Shown one piece after another: positions 18,531 to 27,615 of a stretch of 64,000 nt of DNA. Location of the stretch: the IMG/VR virus record IMGVR_UViG_3300015203_000008; one strand, 5' to 3'. Below the pieces are notes generated by a model. That model worked only from the letters and a program-made list of their open reading frames with translations. It was not told the origin of the DNA and did no database searches. The translations under genes were made by a program, and so were the position numbers. Every line of letters starts with the position of its first letter. Position 1 is the first letter of the stretch. Source of the DNA: a virus.

Positions 18531-20480
18531 TTATTTGATCCCCGCATCTTTCTTGAACTTATCGGCCGCTGCCTGATTCGGGAAGTGGTGAACGACGCCG
18601 CGCGGGTCGGCAACGTCAAATTGCCCAGCGCCGGATGGGGCCGGTCCAGCAGTTGGATTGATCGCGTGCTTGTCGTAGACCGCGCGCGCCGACGGCAACA
18701 CCGGGGACCATACCGTATCGTTCGGAATCTGCTGGCGGTATCGCTCTTGATACGTGTTCAGCTTGGCTGCCAAGGTGTGAAGATGCGTGTCGATGACACC
18801 CGCCAATTGCTCTGGAGATCCAGCGCTGCGAACAGCCTTCGATAGATTCGCAATTTCCGGATCGGTAGCGTTGCCCTTCAATCCGTTCGCAAGCTCGCCG
18901 ACTACGGCCGACTTTAGCGCTTCGAAGTTGTTCGGCGGAGCTGATCCAAACCACGTTGCGACCTTGTTGTAAATTTCGTTTCCTGGTACGAACGAACCGT
19001 TCTTCAAAGCTTTCGCAGCTTCCCCAAGTTGATCGAGGTGGACCGTTGCGGTATTCAGTGCTCCGATATTCCGGCCATCATTGCCACTCGTGAACGCCTT
19101 GCGAATCTGGGCGCGTTGATCGCTAAATTCGGGGTCGTATTGCGCTACCTGGTCTTTGAAAGCGAGCAGTTCTTTCCCGCGCGGAAGACTTGTGGTGCGT
19201 CCTTCGGCGTAGGCGCGAATCTGCGCGGCGCGGCCCGGCGGAAGTTTCGCAAGGAACGCCTCGCCCGTCAGCGGACGCCCATCCGGTCCAGCGAAAGCAG
19301 GATTATTCTGTCCCTGCGCTTGCGCTTGTTCGATCGTCACGCGCGCCATAGGTGCCCAAGCCGCTTTTGCCTGTGCGAAGTCAGAAGGGCCCTTCCCGGG
19401 ATGTTTCTTGAGCCAGTCCGCCATGATCTGCTGCTCGGCAGCATCTTGCTTATCCGATCCTGGGCGAGCCACATTCGCGGTGATGTCTTTACCCGTCGCC
19501 GGGTCTGTATATTTTCCGGTAGACGGATCGAAGTTGGCGTTGCCTTCCGTGCCGTCTTTCAAGACAACAGGCTTGGCTTCAAAGTGGGACGTTGGGCCCG
19601 GCTTGCCAGCGCTCTTCTCCCGCTCCAACTGATCGTTGTACTTCTGCGCCCATTTCTTGACCACAGGATTCTCATCTGGGTCGGCGTTAGGGTTTTGCTT
19701 CAATGCGGCTGAGCGGGCATCTTGCCATCCATTGGCGAATTCTTCCGCCATTGGAGAGGAGTATTTATAGTCGCTTCCGGCCTTCGGCGTGTTCAACTTC
19801 GCGTTGGCCGCTTGCGCGCGCTCCTGAATCGGCGCGTTGATCTGGCCCAGCCGCTCTTCTTGGTCAGCCAAGGTCTTCGCCTGGTTCCAACGCTCGCCAA
19901 GTTGATGCAGCTTTGAATCGTATGTTGATTGCGCTTGCCGGAGAGGAGCGCCAGACAGCATTTTATAGCCTCCGACGCCTGCCAATGGATTCATCGTCGC
20001 CGCGCCAAGAGCTATTCCCCCAAGGATATCCCCAGCCTTGCGCCATCCGTGATGAGCTTGTGGTCCATTGGGGTCTGTGAGATCGGCATTCGACGCGGGA
20101 CGCGCTCCGAGGGCGGTATGCTCCTTTTCAAGATCCGCTTCGGTCTTCATATGGGGTGCTTCGACCTGCGGGATGGTGATCGGTCCCGCGGCGCGCGACG
20201 GCACCTGTCCAAGGCTTCCCGGCGTGGCCGCAGGGCTAGCGCCTAGCACCGGAGACGGCGCTGCTTCGGCGCCAAGGCCCGGCTGCTGCTGAACCTTGGA
20301 TGCACCTGGGAGGAAGGATTCTTCGTCTGTCGGGATTGTGGCGTCGGGAATCTGTTGGGATTGACCTTGGAGCATCTCGGGCGAGATTTGGCCGTTCTGG
20401 TAGGCCGCCATGAGCCAAGGCGGTAGTCTCTGCTGGGTTTGCGTCGGAGTAGTGCCGAGTTGTCCTAGTGTGTCGGCCAT
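18531..20480 (-). CDS. DNA ejection/transfer protein
   Basis: Central hydrophobic Gly/Ala segment and helical C-domain; middle gene of a three-gene ejection-like cluster. Confidence 0.6.
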   Translation of the reverse strand: MADTLGQLGTTPTQTQQRLPPWLMAAYQNGQISPEMLQGQSQQIPDATIPTDEESFLPGASKVQQQPGLGAEAAPSPVLGASPAATPGSLGQVPSRAAGPITIPQVEAPHMKTEADLEKEHTALGARPASNADLTDPNGPQAHHGWRKAGDILGGIALGAATMNPLAGVGGYKMLSGAPLRQAQSTYDSKLHQLGERWNQAKTLADQEERLGQINAPIQERAQAANAKLNTPKAGSDYKYSSPMAEEFANGWQDARSAALKQNPNADPDENPVVKKWAQKYNDQLEREKSAGKPGPTSHFEAKPVVLKDGTEGNANFDPSTGKYTDPATGKDITANVARPGSDKQDAAEQQIMADWLKKHPGKGPSDFAQAKAAWAPMARVTIEQAQAQGQNNPAFAGPDGRPLTGEAFLAKLPPGRAAQIRAYAEGRTTSLPRGKELLAFKDQVAQYDPEFSDQRAQIRKAFTSGNDGRNIGALNTATVHLDQLGEAAKALKNGSFVPGNEIYNKVATWFGSAPPNNFEALKSAVVGELANGLKGNATDPEIANLSKAVRSAGSPEQLAGVIDTHLHTLAAKLNTYQERYRQQIPNDTVWSPVLPSARAVYDKHAINPTAGPAPSGAGQFDVADPRGVVHHFPNQAAADKFKKDAGIK

Positions 20481-20483
20481 AAG

Positions 20484-21494
20484 TTAAGGCTTTCCTGCCG
20501 CAGCCGCGCCAACTTGCCCAGCGCTTTGCATACCCTGAAGCGCCAACTGCTGTAAAAAACTCTGCTTCGGCATTCCGTTGATGAGGCTGGTATTGTTCGA
20601 TCCCAGTTGGTTGTATTCACCGGAGTAGGTGTCCACTGGCTTGTACGCCAAACTAGCGTTCCCCTGCTGTAACGATGCCTGAGATCCAAGATCATGCGTG
20701 ATTTGGGATTGCCCCGCCGTAACGCCCTGATCGGCGCTGACGACGCCTTGACGGCCCTGCGTGACCCCCTGACGTCCTGCGGTAACCCCCTGCTGTGCGC
20801 CTACGACACCCGCACGGCCCTGAGTAACCCCCTGCTGGCCCTGGACAACCTGCCCCTGTGAATTGACCACGCCAGCCTGCTGACCAGGAAGCGCCTCGCG
20901 CTCTTGAAGTGCTGCGTCTGCCGCCCGTGTGTCAATGTTGGTCGCTCCACTATTCGCCGCGATTGCCCGATTCTGGGCAAGCTGGCCGAGTTGGGTGTAT
21001 TGCCCGACGTTCCCGCCGGCATTCGCCGATCCTTGCTTGATCTGGTCGATGGCTCCGCCGTAGGCCGCGTGCGTCTGCCCGGCCGCATTCGCCTTCATCG
21101 CCGCTACTTCGGCGTCTGAATATCCCGGATGGGCGCCGAGTTGGTCAACGTAGCCCTGCTGCTTGTTAACCTGGCCTTGTTGCTGATTGACGGTCCCCTG
21201 CTGCTGGTTGACGCTCTGCGTGAGCGGGTCGATTGCCTCTTGCTGTAGATCAACGCTTCTATCCTGTTGGTCTACGCTCTGCTTCAGAGGGTCGATGTCG
21301 GCTTGCTGTTGGTCCAAAGACTTCTGGGACTTGTCAATGCTCCCCGACATGCCCTTGACGTACTCATTGGCCGAACCAAGTTGCTTGCCGAACTCGGCTA
21401 GCGAGGCATTCTGCCCTGCCATAGCTTCCTGCTGCTGCTGCTGATTCCGAGCGAGCTGATCCTTCTCTTGTTTTGATCCGGCGGACTGTCCCAT
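20484..21494 (-). CDS. Gln-rich ejection/pilot protein with heptad repeats
   Basis: QQQ..VN and .QGVT.G heptads; C-terminal LALQGMQSAGQVGAAAAG. Confidence 0.6.
   Translation of the reverse strand: MGQSAGSKQEKDQLARNQQQQQEAMAGQNASLAEFGKQLGSANEYVKGMSGSIDKSQKSLDQQQADIDPLKQSVDQQDRSVDLQQEAIDPLTQSVNQQQGTVNQQQGQVNKQQGYVDQLGAHPGYSDAEVAAMKANAAGQTHAAYGGAIDQIKQGSANAGGNVGQYTQLGQLAQNRAIAANSGATNIDTRAADAALQEREALPGQQAGVVNSQGQVVQGQQGVTQGRAGVVGAQQGVTAGRQGVTQGRQGVVSADQGVTAGQSQITHDLGSQASLQQGNASLAYKPVDTYSGEYNQLGSNNTSLINGMPKQSFLQQLALQGMQSAGQVGAAAAGKP
20705..20885 (-). repeat. 21-bp-period coding tandem repeat (Q-G-V-T/V heptads)
   Basis: QQAGVVN SQGQVVQ GQQGVTQ GRAGVVG AQQGVTA GRQGVTQ GRQGVVS ADQGVTA. Confidence 0.8.
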
Positions 21495-21904
21495 TAACGA
21501 ACCTCCAGTGCGAAAGCTGTCAAGTTCTCCACCGGAAAGAAACCGGCTTTCTTCAAAGCCCTACCCTGAGAACGCTTGTGCTTGTCGAGAACAAACACGT
21601 AAACCCGTCCCACGCCAGCATCCTTGAGAATGCCGCGCACGGCGTCGCCGCCTTGAAGCAACTCGCGAAAGTCGGCGGGCGTCTCGGCAACCGAGATTAC
21701 TTCGGCCACCGCATGAAATACAAGCGCCCCTGTTACCCGGCCATCACGCTCAACCACCGCCGCGAACGTCTGTTTCGGGTCCGTCAAGTCGGGTAGGTCC
21801 TTCAGCCAGCAATCGGCGGGTAGGCTTGCGTCTTCCTTGGCGCGGTTCGTGTCGTAGATGGCGTGGAGTGCTGGGATGTCTTCAGGTTTGAGGTGACGAA
21901 GCAT
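21494..21904 (-). CDS. GNAT-fold virion assembly protein (P22 gp14-like position)
   Basis: LRHLKPEDIPAL...GRALKKAGF; lies upstream of the ejection genes. Confidence 0.55.
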   Translation of the reverse strand: MLRHLKPEDIPALHAIYDTNRAKEDASLPADCWLKDLPDLTDPKQTFAAVVERDGRVTGALVFHAVAEVISVAETPADFRELLQGGDAVRGILKDAGVGRVYVFVLDKHKRSQGRALKKAGFFPVENLTAFALEVR

Positions 21905-21912
21905 GTTTTGTG

Positions 21913-22860
21913 TTATCCGACCTGCACGAGCCAAGCGAAAGCGTCGTAAACCCCAGCGAACCCCGTACCGATGACCGATAGCGTGATGTCCCCCGCTGCC
22001 GCCGCGATTCCTCCAACCAACATTGGAAACGCTCCGGCGACGGCCGCCGACACCCCGTCAGCCCCAACTTCATTCATCAGCCGAAATACCTGAGTCCTCG
22101 CCACGCCGTGAGGATCCGTGTAAGCCAACTGCACCCGGATCGACCCAGCCGCTACCGATTGAAGGCTGACGTATCCGCCAACCTGGTATGCCCCTGCTCC
22201 ACCGGGGAACGTGAATATCTGAGCATCGGTCGTCAACCCTTCGCCCAACCCGGACGCCACGGTCCCAAGCGATGGAATCACAACCGGCGCGGCGATCGCT
22301 ACCCACGGCGTTGGGCTCGAGTTTTGATACCGCGCGCGAACCCGCACAAAGTACGATCCAGCGGCCACCGGAACCACAAAGAACAGGGAATCGTCCGGCC
22401 CGAGTTTGTTTACGCCCCCGCCGTCGTCGTAGTTCGCATCCGTCGCGTACTGAACCTCGTAGAGTATCCGGCGGTATCGCTGGCGCGCCGACGATACAAG
22501 ATTCACCGGACTGGATGGCTTGCCGATCGGCAGCGGCTGCGCGCTCGTCGCCAGCGGCTGAGCCGTTCTGTCCACCAACTCCTGCGGTATCTGAATCTGA
22601 ACCGAGAACAAGCCTTGATACGCCGTCACCGTGAACTGCGGGTTCGGCGGGGCGGGCATCGTCTGCGGCCCACCTTGGCTGCTTCCCGATCCGCTGGACG
22701 ATGGCGCATTTGAAACACCGGGGCTTACCCCGATCTCTTGGCTGATTGTCTGGATGCCTTGATAGCAGGCGTTCAACACCCTGAACATTGAATCGCGGTC
22801 GTTGTGATAGGCTGCGGCGTTGATTACGTCGGCACTTAGAGCGAAACCGGATGAGGCCAT
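21913..22860 (-). CDS. Tail-associated protein with FN3-like/beta-rich domains
   Basis: Beta-rich; YEVQYATD and YFVRVRARY strands; follows the nozzle gene. Confidence 0.5.
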   Translation of the reverse strand: MASSGFALSADVINAAAYHNDRDSMFRVLNACYQGIQTISQEIGVSPGVSNAPSSSGSGSSQGGPQTMPAPPNPQFTVTAYQGLFSVQIQIPQELVDRTAQPLATSAQPLPIGKPSSPVNLVSSARQRYRRILYEVQYATDANYDDGGGVNKLGPDDSLFFVVPVAAGSYFVRVRARYQNSSPTPWVAIAAPVVIPSLGTVASGLGEGLTTDAQIFTFPGGAGAYQVGGYVSLQSVAAGSIRVQLAYTDPHGVARTQVFRLMNEVGADGVSAAVAGAFPMLVGGIAAAAGDITLSVIGTGFAGVYDAFAWLVQVG

Positions 22861-22861
22861 G

Positions 22862-25543
22862 CTACGATCCCGATCTTCCGGCGTCCGCCTTCGTGTTCGC
22901 CGCGTACAACGGAGCCATGAATAGCGTCAGGTCCCACATCTCCCACCACGCGCCCGGCGATTGTCCGCCAGTTCCAATCCGGACGCCGAACTGAAGCCCA
23001 ATCGTCCGTACCTGCTTGCGAAACAGGTTCTTCGGATTCAAAGCCAATGCCAGCGGAGCACCCATCTGCACCGGGGTTTCATTGAATGGCACGTACGACA
23101 CTTGAACCGCCCCGTTCCCCTTGATTCCCAAACTGCAACCGCCAAATCTGCTGATCGCTCCCGGTCCTTGATGCGATGCGCACTCGTAGATATCGTTGAT
23201 GCCCATCCCGTTGTCGTCGTACACGTCCGGCACTTCGATGTTTACGACGCCATCGGTGTCCGACGATGCGAACATGAGCTGCGTTGTCGCAATCCGCGGG
23301 TCAATCGGCAGACTCGGATTCAACGATGTCAAAGTCCGATCGGCGCGCAGAATCGAGTGAACCGCATAATCGTCAATCGACCACTTTCGTTCTGGGACCG
23401 ATATATCTGTTCCAGCGATCGCTCCGTAGTGGATAGGATCGTCAATGCCACGCTTGAAGTCGCACGTGAACGTGATGTTCGGCAAGGTCGAGTTGCCGTA
23501 GGGAACGCTGAAGAAGATGCGCTTCGTCTCGAAATCGATCGTCACTGAGATCAAATGGCCGTATAGCCAGTTGATCCCGTCCCACGTCTCCATCTGCTCG
23601 GTAGCATTCGGGTCAACCGGCCCACCTTGCGCATGAGTCGATATTTCCTTGCTGATCCAGACCGGGGTTCCCGTCCCGGTGTAAATGTAGGCTCCCGACC
23701 GATGCGCGAAAGCAACGAAATCGGGACACGAATCGAACGCGCGCGCGCCGCAGGGCCCTACCTTGTCCCAACGCTGTTGAGGAACCCAGTTAATAGGATC
23801 GTTGCCAGCTATATTCAACGCCACCCATCCGCCGCGCTCTTTCAGGACGTAGACCGTGTTTTTCCAGTCCAGCGATCCCCACACTCTTTGCCCGTCGTCC
23901 TTCCCGAAGTACTGAAATCCAGTATCGCCGTAGAATGTTCCGTAGTCGCCAGGTTCCGAGCAACGCAAGAGCGTCGGCTGTCCGGACTCGCCACAGGTCA
24001 AGATACGGTCTGTGATCTTGCTGTAGTGAACGTTGAGTTGCGGAGGGATCCGAATCTTGCGCGTGAAGTTGGTGACGTCGGCTTCCTGTAGCGCTTCATC
24101 GGTGAAGTTGAATGTGATTGGCGTAACGCCGTCGCCGTCATCGAGATTGCCCGGTACGATGGTCGAACTAATCAGAGTCCCATTGATCAAAGCCGATTCT
24201 CCGATGTAGTAGAACGGCCCCGCGCTTACTTGGCCCGCCGGCGTGAATGCAACGATGCGGTTTAGAACGTTTGACGGTCCAATCGGAAGGTGGCGGATTT
24301 GGATGTCGCGGTCCGGCGCCAACGGCTGCACTTCAAACACGGCCGCAAGCGTAGGTCCGCTGAATCCGCTGATGTTCCCGGCGCGGTTCGTATTCAAGAT
24401 CGCGAAGAAACGAGAGCCAATGCTCGGCACGGTTCCAGATCCAGTAATCCACGCGCTGGGGACCGGCGGAGGCCCACCGGTAACGCCAATCGCCGTCAGT
24501 GTGAATCCAGCACCCAAACTCGATACCGTAAATTGAAAGTGAAAATCCCCGATTGCGGGCGCGGCTGATCCAGTTGGAACCGAAGCAACGTACACATCGT
24601 ACTTTGTCGGCTGAAGAGCGGTCGGTAGGCCCAATTGCCAGTCAACCCCAGTTCCTTGATTGAATCGCAGCGTGTTCACGTCGATCGATACAGCAGGAGG
24701 GCCACCGGTTCCCGGAGTGTCTGTAGCGATGATCTGAATCGGCGAAGGCGTTCCGACACCGCCTCCATCCTGCACGAGCGCAACGACAGCATACACGTCC
24801 AATCCCGTCCCGATTGTCCCGCCAGTTGCATGAACAACGATGTTCGTCAGGTCGTACCAATATGCGCTGAGGCAGTTGAACACCTCGGGAGTGTTCTCAA
24901 CCCACGTAATCGAACCGTCTGCGACGCTTGATCCTTGACCAGTCGGAAAGGTCGGCTCGCCTGCTCCTGTGGTTCCAGAATTCTGCGCCCGGTAGAGCCG
25001 ATTGTTCCCGATGACCGGAGTGACGCAATCGCCCTCCAGATACGACGTGCTGGCAAGCCACGTGCCGCCAACCGGCCACTGCGTCATGGGATCAAGATAT
25101 GAGCCGTCGTAGGTCGCGTTGGTTCCGACCCCGACCAGCCCATCGCCAAAGACCATGTACTCCCGTCCGGCAACGAGCGCATCTTGCTTGTAGGCATTCG
25201 CTGGCAACGTGAACAGCGTAGAAAACAGGTCCAGCATCTGTCCGCTGCCCGTGGGACTCTCGATGTAGAGGTTCCCCGCAGAGCTGAACGCGATCGGGAT
25301 GTAAACCGTCGTTCCTTGCGATTGCACGAGAACGCTGAGGCCAGTCACGCGCTTTTTGTCAGGCAGTTGAAACCCGCCTGGATACTGCCACCGCAATCCG
25401 TAGCGCGTTGCTACGGTATCAAGGCAGAATCGAACATTCCGCAAGGCTGGAGACACCCCGGACGCCAAAGTCTCGCTGGCAAAGGCTGTCACCAGCCCGC
25501 CAAACTTCGCTACAGGTACCGGGGTGTATCCGTCCCAAGACAT
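22862..25543 (-). CDS. Tail nozzle / tubular protein B-like (packaged DNA stabilisation)
   Basis: 893 aa beta-rich; LRCSEPGD...KERG...GPCGARAF propeller-like blades; position after the adaptor. Confidence 0.65.
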   Translation of the reverse strand: MSWDGYTPVPVAKFGGLVTAFASETLASGVSPALRNVRFCLDTVATRYGLRWQYPGGFQLPDKKRVTGLSVLVQSQGTTVYIPIAFSSAGNLYIESPTGSGQMLDLFSTLFTLPANAYKQDALVAGREYMVFGDGLVGVGTNATYDGSYLDPMTQWPVGGTWLASTSYLEGDCVTPVIGNNRLYRAQNSGTTGAGEPTFPTGQGSSVADGSITWVENTPEVFNCLSAYWYDLTNIVVHATGGTIGTGLDVYAVVALVQDGGGVGTPSPIQIIATDTPGTGGPPAVSIDVNTLRFNQGTGVDWQLGLPTALQPTKYDVYVASVPTGSAAPAIGDFHFQFTVSSLGAGFTLTAIGVTGGPPPVPSAWITGSGTVPSIGSRFFAILNTNRAGNISGFSGPTLAAVFEVQPLAPDRDIQIRHLPIGPSNVLNRIVAFTPAGQVSAGPFYYIGESALINGTLISSTIVPGNLDDGDGVTPITFNFTDEALQEADVTNFTRKIRIPPQLNVHYSKITDRILTCGESGQPTLLRCSEPGDYGTFYGDTGFQYFGKDDGQRVWGSLDWKNTVYVLKERGGWVALNIAGNDPINWVPQQRWDKVGPCGARAFDSCPDFVAFAHRSGAYIYTGTGTPVWISKEISTHAQGGPVDPNATEQMETWDGINWLYGHLISVTIDFETKRIFFSVPYGNSTLPNITFTCDFKRGIDDPIHYGAIAGTDISVPERKWSIDDYAVHSILRADRTLTSLNPSLPIDPRIATTQLMFASSDTDGVVNIEVPDVYDDNGMGINDIYECASHQGPGAISRFGGCSLGIKGNGAVQVSYVPFNETPVQMGAPLALALNPKNLFRKQVRTIGLQFGVRIGTGGQSPGAWWEMWDLTLFMAPLYAANTKADAGRSGS

Positions 25544-25935
25544 TACGCTAGGGTTTTGGCGTCAAATCCAGCGATGAGCGAGGACAGCGCGGTAGCGGCG
25601 ATGATTCCAGCCGGGTACGTGGCTGCGGCAAGCTCTGTGGCCGATGTGGTGTAAACCTTCATGTAGTACTGATACGGCTGCCCCGACACCGGAATAAACT
25701 CCACGTCGTATCCGCCGGGAACCTGCAACTGGTAGGGACCGGCGATCAGAGCGTCAAGGAAGCTCTTGAACCCGTCGATCTGCGGCGTGTTGACGATCAA
25801 CGAAAGGTCGATTAGTTCGCCAGCCGCCGGGCTTGCAACGTACTGAACGTAAGCGCCCGAAAGCGCAATCGAGATTTTGCGGACGGTGGTCACTCCACCG
25901 ACTGCCATGCTTAGAGCTGTGAGAACGTTGGCCAT
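25543..25935 (-). CDS. Small structural protein
   Basis: TAATG-coupled within the head-tail block. Confidence 0.6.
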   Translation of the reverse strand: MANVLTALSMAVGGVTTVRKISIALSGAYVQYVASPAAGELIDLSLIVNTPQIDGFKSFLDALIAGPYQLQVPGGYDVEFIPVSGQPYQYYMKVYTTSATELAAATYPAGIIAATALSSLIAGFDAKTLA

Positions 25936-25956
25936 GAGATTGTTTCCTTTTCGGGT

Positions 25957-26667
25957 TTACGGCAGGAAGAACCCGTCCTGCCAGTCTTGATCTGTATTGG
26001 TGACGAAAGCGCCCATGCGCATCCGAATCAACTGCTGAGCCATGATGATCTGAGCGATAAGCGAATCTTTGGCCGCCATATGCTTCGCTTCATACCCCTG
26101 CGCTAGCGTATTGTTGCCATGCCCGAAGGCGAACGCCGCCGCCGTGCCGAACCGTAACACCGTTTTGGTCTGTGGCGGGATTGGGCTGGCCCCGCTCGCG
26201 ATCGCTTGAACGTTCCAGCTTGCAAAGAACATCATGTCGAGCGCCTGAGTAGCGCCCGGTAAGCGAATGTCCTGTGTCCCGTTCACGTCGCTGGTGGCCT
26301 GATACACCCCGTTGTAGAGCGCAGGGATGCACGGCAGGATGATGCTCCCACGGCTCATGCGCGAGTAGTATTGCGGCTGCACTCCAGCCTGCTTCTCCCA
26401 CATGAATTGAACTTCTTCCAGCATCTCCAACGGACCGCCAGGCGCGAAATACCCAGCCGCAGCAAGTGAGGTTGTTCCCGCCGGAACCGCAGGAATCACT
26501 ACGTAAGATTTGAACTTGTCGATGTTCGGGTTCGTCAGGACCGTTTCAATGAGGTCATCGAGAACAAGCTGCAGGCGCGGACGCATCGCGTCATCGGTGA
26601 CATACTGCTGCTCGTCATCGTCCAACATGGACGGTACGATGCTGAATACGTCCGCTGCCGTGGGCAT
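25957..26667 (-). CDS. Head-tail adaptor (tubular protein A/gp4-like)
   Basis: Size, position and helix-beta-helix layout (LRFGTAAAFAF...GYEAKH). Confidence 0.55.
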   Translation of the reverse strand: MPTAADVFSIVPSMLDDDEQQYVTDDAMRPRLQLVLDDLIETVLTNPNIDKFKSYVVIPAVPAGTTSLAAAGYFAPGGPLEMLEEVQFMWEKQAGVQPQYYSRMSRGSIILPCIPALYNGVYQATSDVNGTQDIRLPGATQALDMMFFASWNVQAIASGASPIPPQTKTVLRFGTAAAFAFGHGNNTLAQGYEAKHMAAKDSLIAQIIMAQQLIRMRMGAFVTNTDQDWQDGFFLP

Positions 26668-26670
26668 TTA

Positions 26671-27615
26671 TTACTCGGAGGCTTCCGGCTTCTTCTTGCC
26701 TTTGACTTTGGGCCCGGCCAATTCCCCACCGCCGGCCAAAACCATCGCTTCGGCAACCTCGGCTTCGAAGCCGGGCTGCACGTTCTGGCACGTCGCGCAG
26801 ATGCGCGCGCGTTGCAGGATGTTCGAAGCGCAGAAGAAGCATTCCTTGAACTGAGCGTTGGCCGATCGCGTCGCGCTGGCCCATTCGGGCATCACGCGGA
26901 TTTCTCCGATGTCGAACAGATGCTTCGCCGCGGCTACGTGCGAATCGGAGATCACTTTGGGGTTGCCCTCGCTCTTGCGCCACTGGCTTTCCGCTTCGCG
27001 ATAGCAAAAGAGCATGTAGGGCTTCATCCGCTTGCCAGCGTCAGCGAGCTTTTCCTTGATGCGTTCCAGCGGCGCCGTGTATTGCTCGTCGGAGTTCTGG
27101 ATGAACCGCTGCCAGCAGACGCCGCCGAACGGCCCATACTCCTTGTCGAAGTCCGCTCCGATGTCGGAAGGCGCTACGGCCTTGATGATGTACTTGGCGT
27201 CGCCCTGGTCGCCCGGGTCCATCGGCGTGTCGATGCCAGCGCCGCGCACGATCAGTAAGGCCACTTTGCCAGCGTATTCGCGGGTGAACTCCGGAAGCCC
27301 CAACTGATCCAGACTCGCGCGTCCTTCAGGCGAATCCGGAGCGGGAATCTCCTTCAGTCCGAGATACCCCATTTCACGGCGGATTGGCCACGGGAGCATG
27401 TTGAAGATGACGACGGGCTGCACGCCAACGCGCGTCACTGAGTTCAACTCTTCCATCGCGTTCTGATTGCGCCGTTTGTCGGCGGCTCCGCCCATGACCA
27501 AGTTCCCCTTACCATCACGGCGAATATCGAACGCCTCTCCGAAACCATCGCGATCGGCAGCGACAGCCCCATTCACTGGCGCGTCAAGAACTGGGGACAA
27601 AGTAGCAGTGTTCAT
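26671..27615 (-). CDS. Hypothetical protein with a C-terminal double zinc ribbon
   Basis: KECFFCAS...ARICATCQ. Confidence 0.65.
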   Translation of the reverse strand: MNTATLSPVLDAPVNGAVAADRDGFGEAFDIRRDGKGNLVMGGAADKRRNQNAMEELNSVTRVGVQPVVIFNMLPWPIRREMGYLGLKEIPAPDSPEGRASLDQLGLPEFTREYAGKVALLIVRGAGIDTPMDPGDQGDAKYIIKAVAPSDIGADFDKEYGPFGGVCWQRFIQNSDEQYTAPLERIKEKLADAGKRMKPYMLFCYREAESQWRKSEGNPKVISDSHVAAAKHLFDIGEIRVMPEWASATRSANAQFKECFFCASNILQRARICATCQNVQPGFEAEVAEAMVLAGGGELAGPKVKGKKKPEASE

